The notes under the pieces are model-generated. The model worked only from the letters and a program-made list of their open reading frames with translations. It searched no databases and had not been told where the DNA came from. From Gemmatimonadota bacterium (lineage in GTDB: Bacteria; Gemmatimonadota; Gemmatimonadetes; Palauibacterales; Palauibacteraceae): a DNA stretch of 64,000 nucleotides. Positions 40,025-49,350 of the stretch are shown in pieces. The translations under genes were made by a program, and so were the position numbers. Each line of letters opens with the position of its first letter. The first letter of the stretch is position 1. The stretch lies in assembly GCA_032251515.1 (NCBI GenBank), contig JAVVDU010000010.1:5244-69243 (forward strand), read 5' to 3'.

Positions 40025-40612
40025 TCACATCTCCCGGCGTCCCGTGAACGCCTCGGCGATGGTCACTCCGTCCGCGTACTCCAGGTCTCCACCGACTGGC
40101 AGACCCCGTGCCAGCCGGGTGACGCGCAGGCCATCCAGGTCCGCCGCGAGGCGGTGCAGGTACGCCGCCGTCGCCTCGCCCTCCACGCTGGGGTTGGTGG
40201 CGATGATGAGCTCCCGCACGTCACCCCCCAGCCGTCGCATCAGCGAGGCGATGTTCAGCTCGTCCGGTCCGATCCCGTCCAGCGGCGACAGGTGGCCGCC
40301 CAGCACGTGGTACCGGCCCCGGAACTGCCCCGCACTCTCGATCGCCGCGATGTCGGACGATTCCTCCACCACGCAGATCGAGGCCGCGTCGCGCCGCGGG
40401 CTCCGGCACAGCTCGCAGGGGTCCGCGCCGCTCAGGTTGCCGCACTCCGAGCAGGGCCGGACCTCGTCGACCACCCGCTCGATCGCCCGCGCCAGGCGGC
40501 GCGCCTCCTGCGGAGGGGCCTTGAGCAGGAAGTAGGTCAGCCGCTGCGCCGTCTTGCGGCCGATCCCGGGCAGTCGCCCGAACTCCTGGACGAGGGATTC
40601 GATCGCCGACAC
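40025..40612 (-). CDS. recR: recombination protein RecR
   Basis: HhH LPGIGRKTAQRL, C4 zinc finger CSECGNLSGADPCELC, and a Toprim domain. Confidence 0.9.
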   Translation of the reverse strand: MSAIESLVQEFGRLPGIGRKTAQRLTYFLLKAPPQEARRLARAIERVVDEVRPCSECGNLSGADPCELCRSPRRDAASICVVEESSDIAAIESAGQFRGRYHVLGGHLSPLDGIGPDELNIASLMRRLGGDVRELIIATNPSVEGEATAAYLHRLAADLDGLRVTRLARGLPVGGDLEYADGVTIAEAFTGRREM

Positions 40613-40628
40613 GTGCGCGATCGCCCCC

Positions 40629-40961
40629 TCAGCCCAGCAGGGAGCCGAGGCCCGGCAGCGGCATGCCGCCGGCCGCCTTGCGCATCTCCGTCTCCAGCAG
40701 CTCCCGCGCGCGCCGCTGCGCTTCCGATACCGCCGCCAGCACCAGGTCCTCCAGCATCTCCACGTCTGAGGGGTCCACCGCGGAAGGGTCGATCCGGATC
40801 GTCCGGATGCTTCCCTTTCCGTCGGCCGTCACCTCCACGAGGCCCCCTCCCGTGGCGGCCGTGACCGTCTCCTTCTCGAGCCGCTCCTGGGCTTCCGCCA
40901 TGCGCGACTGCATCTGCTGGCCGAGCTGGAACAGCTGCTGGATATCGTTCAGGTTCTTCAC
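40629..40961 (-). CDS. ybaB: YbaB/EbfC nucleoid-associated protein
   Basis: MKNLNDIQQLFQLGQQMQSRMAEAQERL... typical YbaB. Conserved dnaX-ybaB-recR order. Confidence 0.9.
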   Translation of the reverse strand: MKNLNDIQQLFQLGQQMQSRMAEAQERLEKETVTAATGGGLVEVTADGKGSIRTIRIDPSAVDPSDVEMLEDLVLAAVSEAQRRARELLETEMRKAAGGMPLPGLGSLLG

Positions 40962-40968
40962 CCCTCCA

Positions 40969-42720
40969 TCACTCCTTGAGCTCGAGGTCCAGGGTTTCTA
41001 CCGCCTGCCGCAGTCGTGGGTCCGTCTCCATCCACCGGCGCAGTTTCTGGTCCCGCGCCGCCTCGGCCGTCATGCGACGCGGCCCGTCCCCGGCGTTCAG
41101 CTCGAACACGAGGTCCGCGGGCTCGAGACCCAGCCGGGCGCCGAGCTCCCGCCGGAGCCCGTCCGATCGGGCCGGGTCCCCCAGGAACTCGTCCAGGTCG
41201 GTGACGAGGCCGCCCGGGACCTCCAGCCGCACCGTGGAGCCATCGAGCCCCTGGATCGTGGCGCCCCGCAGGCCGATCGCGGCGCCCCGCAGGCTGCGGC
41301 CGCGCACCGCCTCCAGGGCGCCGCGCCACGCCTCGTGCAGCGAGCCGGCGCCCGCCCCCCCCGCCGGTTCCGCGGCCCGGTCCGCCGCCTGCCCGGTGGC
41401 CGGCTGCGCTGCCGGCTCCGGCGGCGGATCCGCCTTCGGACGGGCGCGCGATGGCGGCCCGTCGGCTTCCACGGGCCCCGGTCGCGACGCGGCCGGAGCG
41501 GGCTCCGACCGGCCGCGCGGCGACCGGGGCGCGGCACGGGGGGGCGTTCGGCGCGCCCGCGTGGGCTCGCTCCCGCCCTCCAGCAGGCCCAGCAACTCGT
41601 CCAGCCCCACGATCGCGTCCACGCTGGCGAGCCGCAGCAGCAGCATCTCGACCTGGATCCGGGGCTGCGAGCTCCGCCGCAGCCGCCCCGAAGCCTCGAA
41701 TTCCGCCGCGGCGGCCAGCATGCGAAGCAGCTCCTCCACGGAGAACCGGTCGGCGGCCTCCCGGAACGCGGTCCGCGACTCCGGCGCGAGCTCGGCGGTG
41801 TCCGCCTCGGGGTCGAGCCGCAGGGCCAGCAGGACCCGCAGCGCCTCGCCGAGGCCGCGGGCGAACTCCGCCAGGTCGTATCCGTCATCGAGGAGGCCCT
41901 GCACGAACGGGAACACGCTGGCCCGGTCGCGCTCCGCGACGCGCGCGAACAGCTCCAGGTATCGCTCCTCCTCGACGAGTCCCAGCAGCCGTCGCACGTC
42001 CTCGGTCCGTACCTCCGAGCCGGAGAACGAGAGTACCTGGTCGAGCATCGACAGGGCGTCGCGCACGCCCCCGTCCGCCCGGCGCGCGATCGGCAGGAGC
42101 GCGCCCTCCTCTGCCTCGACCCCCTCCAGGGCGAGGACCTCGCGCAGCCGCTCCACGAGCTCCGGTACCGTCACCCGACGGAAGTCGAACCGCTGCACGC
42201 GCGACAGCACGGGCGCCGCGGTCTGCCGGATCTTCTGCGGCTCGGTCGTCGCGAAGACGAAGATCACCCGCGGCGGCGGCTCCTCCAGGATCTTGAGCAG
42301 CGCATTCCACGCTTCCCGGGTGAGCATGTGGGCCTCGTCCACGATGTAGATCTTGTGGCGGTCTTCGTCCGACGGAGCGTACATCGCCCGCTCGCGCAGG
42401 TCCCGCGCATCATCCACGCCCCGGTGGCTCGCCGCGTCGATCTCCACCACGTCCACCGCCGTGCGGCCGGCCCAGATCCGCTCGCAGGACTCGCACGTGC
42501 CGCACGGCTCGCCCGCCGATCGGGCCTCGCAGTTCAAAGCCATGGCGAGAACGCGGGCCGCGGTGGTCTTGCCGATGCCGCGCGGGCCGCAGAACAGGTA
42601 GGCGTGCGCGGCGCGCCCCTCCTCCACGGCGGCCCGGAGGGTCCGGGACACGTGATCCTGGCCGATCAGCTCGGAGAAATGGCGCGGGCGGTGGCGGCGT
42701 GCGAGCGCTGTGCGATACAT
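40969..42720 (-). CDS. dnaX: DNA polymerase III subunit gamma/tau
   Basis: Walker A GPRGIGKTTAARVLA, zinc module CGTCESC, Walker B YIVDEAHML, sensor motifs, and a Pro/Ala-rich tau linker. Confidence 0.9.
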   Translation of the reverse strand: MYRTALARRHRPRHFSELIGQDHVSRTLRAAVEEGRAAHAYLFCGPRGIGKTTAARVLAMALNCEARSAGEPCGTCESCERIWAGRTAVDVVEIDAASHRGVDDARDLRERAMYAPSDEDRHKIYIVDEAHMLTREAWNALLKILEEPPPRVIFVFATTEPQKIRQTAAPVLSRVQRFDFRRVTVPELVERLREVLALEGVEAEEGALLPIARRADGGVRDALSMLDQVLSFSGSEVRTEDVRRLLGLVEEERYLELFARVAERDRASVFPFVQGLLDDGYDLAEFARGLGEALRVLLALRLDPEADTAELAPESRTAFREAADRFSVEELLRMLAAAAEFEASGRLRRSSQPRIQVEMLLLRLASVDAIVGLDELLGLLEGGSEPTRARRTPPRAAPRSPRGRSEPAPAASRPGPVEADGPPSRARPKADPPPEPAAQPATGQAADRAAEPAGGAGAGSLHEAWRGALEAVRGRSLRGAAIGLRGATIQGLDGSTVRLEVPGGLVTDLDEFLGDPARSDGLRRELGARLGLEPADLVFELNAGDGPRRMTAEAARDQKLRRWMETDPRLRQAVETLDLELKE

Positions 42721-42811
42721 GTCGAGAAGCTACCCTCGGCGAACGGCCATCGAAAGCGCGGCCCGGGGATGGTCACGAGCCGACGGAGGCGAGTCGGCGC
42801 TCTCGGAGGGA

Positions 42812-42915
42812 CGAAACCTCCCGGGCGGACCGCGGCGACCTTTGCGCGCTTACCGCTGCTACCTTCACGGTCCTGACGGGGTTCACGCCCGCCGGCCCCA
42901 CGGGCCCGGGAGGCG
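42812..42915 (-). ncRNA. ffs: signal recognition particle RNA (4.5S type, ~100 nt)
   Basis: The minus-strand RNA contains the domain-IV motif GUCAGGACCGUGAAGGUAGCAGC (E. coli GUCAGGUCCGGAAGGAAGCAGC). The 5' CUCCCGGGCCCG pairs with the 3' CGCCCGGGAG to close the helix. Intergenic, upstream of dnaX as in many bacteria. Confidence 0.65.
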
Positions 42916-42918
42916 GAC

Positions 42919-42948
42919 AAGCTAGATCCGGGGGGATCGGCCGTCAAA
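42919..42948 (-). promoter_or_regulatory. sigma70-like promoter for ffs
   Basis: Minus strand: TTGACG - 17 nt - TAGCTT, placed ~7 nt upstream of the inferred SRP RNA 5' end. Confidence 0.45.
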
Positions 42949-42996
42949 CGCCGCCGGCCCGGCAGCGGACGGTCGGCCCCGTCGGCCCGGGGGGCG

Positions 42997-43377
42997 TCAG
43001 GCCTCGTCGGCCCGGAACGCGTCGGGCCAGTGTTCCACCAGCGGTCGGCCGCCCGGCGCGACCACGACCTCCGCCACGTCGAACCGGAACTCGCCCCCCG
43101 TCCCCGGGTGGCCGGCGATCCACGCGCCGGCCGCCGCCACGAGGTGCCGCCGCTTCCGCCGGTCCACGGCGTCGGCCGGGCGTCCCCCCGGGCCGAGCCG
43201 GCGCGTCTTCACCTCCACGAACGCCACCGTGCGGCCATCCCGGACGACGAGGTCGATCTCGCCGCGCCCCGCGCGCCAGTTCCGCGCCACGACCCGGATG
43301 CCCCGCCGCTCGAGCCACGCCGCGACGATCGCCTCGCCCCGTGCTCCCGTCGATTCCACCCGACCCTCCCGGTCCAT
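42997..43377 (-). CDS. yraN: YraN family (UPF0102) predicted endonuclease
   Basis: GEAIVAAWLERRGIRVVARNWRAGRGEIDLVVRDGRTVAFVEVKTR. Confidence 0.85.
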   Translation of the reverse strand: MDREGRVESTGARGEAIVAAWLERRGIRVVARNWRAGRGEIDLVVRDGRTVAFVEVKTRRLGPGGRPADAVDRRKRRHLVAAAGAWIAGHPGTGGEFRFDVAEVVVAPGGRPLVEHWPDAFRADEA

Positions 43378-43478
43378 CGTCCCCCGCCGGCTCCCGGCCA
43401 GTGGTGCACGGGAGACGGCACCGGGTCGTCATCGGAGCCGGCGGAAGGAAAGGCGCCGGGACGGTCGGGCCCGATCGG

Positions 43479-44303
43479 TCAGGTCGGGAACCGCCATCCC
43501 TCGCGGGCGACCTCCGTCCGGCCGCGCCAGCCCGCCGCCGCCAGGAGCGACGGGAGATCGGCGGCGGTCCGGAACGCGGGATAGACGTGCGTCAGGAGAA
43601 GGAGCCCCGGCGCCGCCCCGGCCGCGACGGCCGCGACGGAGGCCGGGGAGAGGTGGTTGTCGACCGCGTGGGAATCCGGCAGGGCGCATTCGCACACGAG
43701 GAGATCGGCCCCGCGCGCGAAGGACGCGAGCTCGGGGCAGGGACCGGTGTCCCCCGTGTAGACGATCGTCCCCGGGCCGCCCGCGAGCCGCAGCGCCTGG
43801 CTCTCGGCGGTGTGCGGAACGGGCTGACCGCGCAGCGTCACCGCCCCGCCGAGCACCGTGTCGGCGCCGGGGCGCATCTCGCAGATCTCGACCGGGAACC
43901 CCGGGTCGGTCACGAACGGGCCGAACGCCGCCGCCATGCGGTCGACCAGGTCCCGGGTGCCCCGGGGCCCGTGGATCCGCAGGGGCTCCTCCCGCGTCTC
44001 GGGCAGGAGTGCGTGGGTGAGGGCGAACAGCAGCCCCGGCATCGCGCCGACGTGGTCGGCGTGGAAGTGCGTGAGCACGAGGTCGGTGATCCGCGACCAC
44101 GGCAGGCCGAGGCGGGCCATCGCCTGCAGCGCCCCGGGCCCGCAGTCGAGCAGGGCCCGTACGGGACCGCTCTCGAGCCAGTAAGCGGAACAGGCGCGGT
44201 CGGCCTCCGGCACGACGGTGCCACATCCGACCACGACGAAGCGGTCGCCCGGTGCAGCGGGCTCCGGAACCGGCGCCGGGGGGCGGCCGCCGGCCTCCGT
44301 CAC
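43479..44303 (-). CDS. MBL-fold metallo-hydrolase, RNase Z/ElaC-like
   Basis: GTG start in a GTGA overlap with the smc stop. FVVVGCGTVVPEADRACSAYWLE...LLDCGPGA...LVLTHFHADHVGAMPGLLFAL (HxHxDH), and a C-terminal LLLTHVYP. Confidence 0.75.
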   Translation of the reverse strand: MTEAGGRPPAPVPEPAAPGDRFVVVGCGTVVPEADRACSAYWLESGPVRALLDCGPGALQAMARLGLPWSRITDLVLTHFHADHVGAMPGLLFALTHALLPETREEPLRIHGPRGTRDLVDRMAAAFGPFVTDPGFPVEICEMRPGADTVLGGAVTLRGQPVPHTAESQALRLAGGPGTIVYTGDTGPCPELASFARGADLLVCECALPDSHAVDNHLSPASVAAVAAGAAPGLLLLTHVYPAFRTAADLPSLLAAAGWRGRTEVAREGWRFPT

Positions 44304-47300
44304 GCGACCTGTCCCCGGGGCAGGTCGCGGATGTCCATCGCCACGAGGGTGCTCACGCCCGGCTCCTGCATCGTCACGCCGTAGATGTGGTCGGCCGCCT
44401 CGATGGTGCGGGGGTTGTGCGTGATGACGATGAACTGGGTGCTCTCCTTGAACCGCTCGAGCATCGCCGTGAAGCGTCCGATGTTCGACTCGTCCAGCGG
44501 CGCGTCCACCTCGTCCATCACGCAGAAGGGGCTCGGCTTCGCCAGGTAGATCGCGAACAGGAGCGCCAGCGCGGTGAGCGCCCGCTCCCCGCCCGACAGC
44601 AGGTGGATCCGCTGCGTGCGCTTGCCGCGCGGGCTCGCCGAGATCTCGATCGGCGAATCGAGCGGATCGGCCGGGTCCTCGAGCCACACGTCCGCCTCGC
44701 CTCCCTCGAACAGCGTCACGAAGATGCGCTGGAAGTTCTCGCGCACCTGCTCGAACACCTGCTCGAACGAGCGGGACGCCGCCTCGTTGATCCGCTGGAT
44801 CGATCCGAGAAGGTCGTCGCGCGCCGACACCAGGTCCTCCCGCTGCCCCTGGAGGAAGTCGAGCCGCTCCTTCTCCTCGTCGTACTCGGCCGCCGCCAGG
44901 AGGTTGACCGGACCCAGCGAGGCGAGCGACTCCCGCACTTCCTCGAGCTCGGTCCGCCAATCCTCGGGAGACCCTTCGGCCGGACGTTCCACGCGCGCCC
45001 GCAGGCTCTCGAGTTCCTCCTCCCATTCGGCCTCGATGCGCTCGCGGATCGCCGCCCGCGCCCCGTGCAGGCGCGTCGCCTCCAGCTCCAGCTCGTGCAG
45101 CCGGTCGGCGGTCTGCCGCTCCCGCTGCCGCAGGGCGCGCAGCGCCGTCTCGCGGCGCTCCACCTCGTCGCGGCGCTCCGCGAGCCCTTCCGTCGCCCGC
45201 GCGACCTCGTCGGCGAGGGCCCGCCGCTCGCCGAACAGGCGCTCCAGCGATTCCTCGCTCGCCGCCAGCGCGGCGTGGCCCGCCTCGATGGCAGCCTCCC
45301 GCTCGGCCTTCTCGGCGGCCAGGCGCCGTTCCCGCTCCGCGAGCTCTTCGTCCCGCTCCGCGAGACGCCGCGTCCGCTCGGCCGCCGCCGCCGCTTCGGC
45401 CTCTGCCCGGGCGATCCGCAACCGCGACTCCTGCAGCGCGGCGCTGCCGGCCTCCCAGTCCCCGGTCGCCGTGGCCAGTTCCGCGCGGCAGTCGGACAAC
45501 GACGCCTCGACCCGCTCGCGTTCCGTCCGCAGCTCCGCGAGCCGCTCCGAGCCCGCCTCCTGCTCCGGCCCCCCGCGGCCCAGCATTTCCTCGAGCTCCA
45601 CGATCCGACCGTCGAGCTCGGCCGACAGCCGCCGGGCCCGCTCGAGTCCCGCGGCCGCGTCGTCCCGCGCCTCGACGGCGGCGCGAAGCCGGACCGATGC
45701 CTCCTCCAGCGCCCGGTCCGCCGCGGCGGCTTCCGCCGCGAGGCGCCGGGTCCGTGCGGACTCCGCCTCGACCTCGCCCTGTGCCTCTTCCACGCGGCGC
45801 TCCAGGTCGTCGAGGCGGCGCCGGAGCTCGTCCAGCTCCGCCCGGCGCCGCAGGGCCCCGCGCCCGCCCGCCGGCCGGCCGATCCGGACCGCGCCGGCCG
45901 CGTCCTGTCCGCTGCCGTCGGGCGCCACCCAGGGCCCGGTCGCCGGCCCGAAGCCCTCGGCGCGGGACTCGACCCCCGCCAGCAGGGCCCGCACCCAGGG
46001 CGCCCCGGCTCCGCGCGCCTCCACGCGCGCCAGGAGTCCCCCCTTTCCGGCCCGCGCGACCGGGCCGGGATCCAGGGGAAGCAGCACGACGCCCTCCCCT
46101 TCGCCCCGCGCCTGCAGCCAGGCGCGAACGCGCTCCACCGTCCGCCAGTCATCCACCACGACGGCGTGCAGGAAGCTCCCCAGGTGTGCCTCGACCGCCG
46201 CGACGTCGGCGGCTGGGACGCGCACGCAATCGGCCAGGACGCCGTGCGTGCCCGGCGAGGCGGCCGGGTCCTCCAGCAGGGCCGTGACGACGGACGGGAG
46301 GTCGCGCCCCGAGTCGAGCAGCGCCGCGAGCGCCGCGGCCCGTTCACGCGCCGCCGAAAGCTCGCCGGCGAGAGCCGCGTGCCGCTCGCGCGCCTCCCGC
46401 TCGCCGTCCCGTCCGGTCCGCTCCGCCTCCCGCGCCGCCTCGAGTCGAGCCTCGAGCTCCGCCCGCTCCTGCGCCGCGGCGGCCGTCCGGGCCTCGTGGG
46501 CGGCGAGATCCTCCGCGTACCGGTCCGCGCCCGCGCGCAGCTCGTCGCGCTCCGCCCGCCGGCGCTCGAGCTCCCGCTGCCGTTCGTGCTGCCGCTCGCG
46601 CAGCGCTTCCGCCTCCGCCCCGGCGGACCCGATCCCGGCGATGAGCCGGTCCAGCTCGGCACGCGCCTCCGCCTCGAGCGCGGCGAGCTCGGAGCGCCGC
46701 GCGCGCAGCCGGCCCACGCGCTCGTCCAGGCCGGCCTCCTCCTCCCGCAGGCTGCGCAGCGCCGCTTCGGCCTCCGTCGCGGCAGCGGCGGCTTCCTCGC
46801 GCTCCTCGGCGATCCGGCGCCGGCCGGCCGCCATCTCGTCCCGCTCGGCGGCCAGTCCGTCGAGGCGCGCGCGTGCCGTGGCGATCCGCTCCTCGGTCAG
46901 CAGCCGCTCCCGCTCCAGGGCTTCGAGGCGCCCCCGCACCTCCTCCAGGCGGCTCGCGGCAGCCGTCCGGTTCCGCTCCCGCTCCACCAGGTCGAGGCGC
47001 AACGCCTCGACCTCGGTCTCCTCCACCCCGAGGCTGCTCTCCGCCTCGGGCCGCACGCGCCGTGCCTCGGCGAGGGCCTCGTCGACCTCCCGCATCCGGT
47101 CCTCGATGGCGGCGAGGCGCGCGTCGGCCACCGCCACCTCGAGCACCAGGCGGCGCTCGCGCAGCTCCTGCCAGCGGCGCGCCCGGCCACGCTGGCGGGC
47201 CAGCGAACGGACCTTGCTCTCGACCTCACCGATCACGTCCTCGAGCCGGCGCAGGTCATGCTCCGCCTGCTCCAGCCGCCGCAGGGCGGTCCGCCTGCGG

Positions 47301-47815
47301 TCCTTGTAGCGGCCGACCTCCGCCGCCTCCTCGAACAACGAGCGCCGCTCTTCGGCCCGGTCGCTGAGAATCGCGTCGATCATCCGGCTCTCGATGATCG
47401 AGTAGGCGTTCGCTCCGAGCCCCGTGTCGCGGCACAGGTCCTGGATGTCGCGCAACCGAACGGCGCGCTCGTTCAGCGTGTAGACGCTCTCGCCGCCACG
47501 CAGCACCGTGCGTCCGATCACCACCTCGGCGTGCGGAACGGAGAGCAGGCCGTCCTCGTTGGAGAGGGCGAGCTGGACCTCGGCGCGGTGGACCGGCTTC
47601 CGCCCCGACGTGCCCTGGAAGATCGCCTCCTCCATCCGGCTGCCCCGGATCGCGGACGGCCGCTGCTCGCCGAGCACCCAGCGCAGGGCGTCGGAGATGT
47701 TCGACTTGCCGCACCCGTTCGGGCCGACGATGGCCGTGATCCCTTCCCGGAAGTCGATGTGGATCCGGTCGGCGAACGACTTGAAGCCGTGCAGGGTCAA
47801 GGACCGGACCTTCAC
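44300..47815 (-). CDS. smc: chromosome segregation protein SMC
   Basis: Start VKVRSLTLHGFKSFADRIHIDFREGITAIVGPNGCGKSN (Walker A). Long coiled coils, a hinge, the C-terminal signature LSGGERALTALALLF, and Walker B VMDEVDAPLDE. 1171 aa. The upstream 470 codons of the 1641-aa ORF are a non-coding extension. Confidence 0.9.
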   Translation of the reverse strand: MKVRSLTLHGFKSFADRIHIDFREGITAIVGPNGCGKSNISDALRWVLGEQRPSAIRGSRMEEAIFQGTSGRKPVHRAEVQLALSNEDGLLSVPHAEVVIGRTVLRGGESVYTLNERAVRLRDIQDLCRDTGLGANAYSIIESRMIDAILSDRAEERRSLFEEAAEVGRYKDRRRTALRRLEQAEHDLRRLEDVIGEVESKVRSLARQRGRARRWQELRERRLVLEVAVADARLAAIEDRMREVDEALAEARRVRPEAESSLGVEETEVEALRLDLVERERNRTAAASRLEEVRGRLEALERERLLTEERIATARARLDGLAAERDEMAAGRRRIAEEREEAAAAATEAEAALRSLREEEAGLDERVGRLRARRSELAALEAEARAELDRLIAGIGSAGAEAEALRERQHERQRELERRRAERDELRAGADRYAEDLAAHEARTAAAAQERAELEARLEAAREAERTGRDGEREARERHAALAGELSAARERAAALAALLDSGRDLPSVVTALLEDPAASPGTHGVLADCVRVPAADVAAVEAHLGSFLHAVVVDDWRTVERVRAWLQARGEGEGVVLLPLDPGPVARAGKGGLLARVEARGAGAPWVRALLAGVESRAEGFGPATGPWVAPDGSGQDAAGAVRIGRPAGGRGALRRRAELDELRRRLDDLERRVEEAQGEVEAESARTRRLAAEAAAADRALEEASVRLRAAVEARDDAAAGLERARRLSAELDGRIVELEEMLGRGGPEQEAGSERLAELRTERERVEASLSDCRAELATATGDWEAGSAALQESRLRIARAEAEAAAAAERTRRLAERDEELAERERRLAAEKAEREAAIEAGHAALAASEESLERLFGERRALADEVARATEGLAERRDEVERRETALRALRQRERQTADRLHELELEATRLHGARAAIRERIEAEWEEELESLRARVERPAEGSPEDWRTELEEVRESLASLGPVNLLAAAEYDEEKERLDFLQGQREDLVSARDDLLGSIQRINEAASRSFEQVFEQVRENFQRIFVTLFEGGEADVWLEDPADPLDSPIEISASPRGKRTQRIHLLSGGERALTALALLFAIYLAKPSPFCVMDEVDAPLDESNIGRFTAMLERFKESTQFIVITHNPRTIEAADHIYGVTMQEPGVSTLVAMDIRDLPRGQVA

Positions 47816-49350
47816 CACGGCCTCCCGCGCCGGGATACCAGCCGCGGCTCCTGGCCCGCGGCTCGCAGCATCTCGCCCAGCGGAGCCGCCGCCTCCTCGG
47901 ACTCGAAGGCGCCGGCGTACAGCGCGTACACCTCCTGCCCTTCCTCTCCGGCCGGCACGACGTAAGCGATCCCCGGGGAAAGGCCCGCCTCCTCGAGACG
48001 GCGCACGGCCGCCCGGCCCTCGTCCGCGGTGTGGAACACGCCGACGAGCCACGCGAGACCGACGGGCCGCACGTCCCACGCCCGCGCCCGCTCCTTGTGT
48101 CCCGCCTCCACGAGCTCGCGCATCAGCGATTCCCCCGCGGTCCGCTCCGCCCGCGCCCCGGCCAGCACGCGGTAGTAGACCCGCCCCCGGATCGGCGTGG
48201 GCGCCACGAACAGCGCCGCCGCACGGCCGCCCTCCCGCAGCTGGCGCGCCGCGTCCTCGGGCCGCGCGAAGCTCGCGATCAGAACGGAATACGGCAGCTC
48301 GGGGGCGGCCGGGCCCGCGGGCAGCTCCGGCGGAGCGAACTCCGCCGGGCCCTCTCCCGGATCCGGGTCGTCCGCGGCGTCCGCTCCCGCGGCGGCCCGA
48401 CCGGCGGACGGCCCGCCAGCCTCGCCCGGACCGGACGCATCCGCCACGACGGCGCCTTCCGGCGCGCCATCGCCGTCCCCGCTGCCCCCGGCCAGCAACG
48501 CCCACGCCAGCACTGCCCCGACGGCGAACACGGCGACGACGATGGGCAGCTGCCACCCGAATCGGCGGCGCGGTGGTCGGTCGGTCGCCCCCGCGCGCCC
48601 CTCCGGCGCGGCGGCGCCTCCCGCCGCGCGGCCCTCTCCCGCGGCGGCGGCGTCTCCCGGGCCCGTGGCCGCCCTCATCGCCTCCGCTTCGGCCCCGGGC
48701 CGAGGAGCGCCCGCCGGCCGCTCGACCCGCGCGAGGAGCGGCGCACCTGCCAGCAGGGCCGGTTCCTTCACGTCGCCGATCGCGATGCAGCCGTCCAGGG
48801 GAAGGTCGAAGTCCGGATCCGGTCCGTACTCGCCGGCCAGGTCCTCCTCCGCCACGTAGAGGAGCACCGTGCCGCCCCGTTCGGCCACCCGGCGCAGCAG
48901 CCGATGGAATGCCGGAACCTCGCGCAGGCGGCCGAGGGGGAGGGCCCGGGCACCCGCCGGCAGATACGCGAACGCCTGGCGCGGCGCGGAACGCGCGGCC
49001 CGCGACAGGGGAAGGTCTCCGGCGAGCGAGCGGGTGAGACCGGGCGCGTCCACCGCGTCCATCAGACCGTCCAGCTCCTCCGCGCCCGGCACCGTGCAGG
49101 CGAGAAACGTGCGGCCCCGCCGCCGGCCCACCAGGTCGGCGAGGCCCGCGGCCACGCCCGCGGACCAGGCCCCCCCGCCCCGCTCGCGGACCAGCGCCAC
49201 CACCGAGGCGGACGCGGGAAGCCACGGGATGGCCTCGCCTGCCGGCTCGGCCCCGGGCTCCGGTCCGCGCTCCGGTCCGCGCTCCGTCACGGGCCCCGAT
49301 CGGGACCCCGGCCCGGCCACCGGCTCAGGCATCCGGCCCGACTCAGGCAT
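47812..49350 (-). CDS. SPOR-domain protein with a cytoplasmic degenerate ParA/MinD-like domain (bitopic)
   Basis: Stop overlaps the smc start. The N-terminal region SVVALVRERGGGAWSAGVAAGLADLVGRRRGRTFLACTVPG aligns by eye to a ParA/MinD deviant Walker A in which both lysines are lost. TM segment LPIVVAVFAVGAVLAWALL. C-terminal tandem SPOR-like repeats (YSVLIASFARPEDAARQL...; YALYAGAFESEEAAAPLGEML). Confidence 0.55.
   Translation of the reverse strand: MPESGRMPEPVAGPGSRSGPVTERGPERGPEPGAEPAGEAIPWLPASASVVALVRERGGGAWSAGVAAGLADLVGRRRGRTFLACTVPGAEELDGLMDAVDAPGLTRSLAGDLPLSRAARSAPRQAFAYLPAGARALPLGRLREVPAFHRLLRRVAERGGTVLLYVAEEDLAGEYGPDPDFDLPLDGCIAIGDVKEPALLAGAPLLARVERPAGAPRPGAEAEAMRAATGPGDAAAAGEGRAAGGAAAPEGRAGATDRPPRRRFGWQLPIVVAVFAVGAVLAWALLAGGSGDGDGAPEGAVVADASGPGEAGGPSAGRAAAGADAADDPDPGEGPAEFAPPELPAGPAAPELPYSVLIASFARPEDAARQLREGGRAAALFVAPTPIRGRVYYRVLAGARAERTAGESLMRELVEAGHKERARAWDVRPVGLAWLVGVFHTADEGRAAVRRLEEAGLSPGIAYVVPAGEEGQEVYALYAGAFESEEAAAPLGEMLRAAGQEPRLVSRRGRPW

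Noticed and set aside
47816-49225. N-terminal 470-codon extension of the 1641-aa smc ORF
   Set aside because: The SMC Walker-A head starts at VKVRSLTLHGF (47815). The upstream part is Arg/Gly junk overlapping the SPOR gene in another frame.
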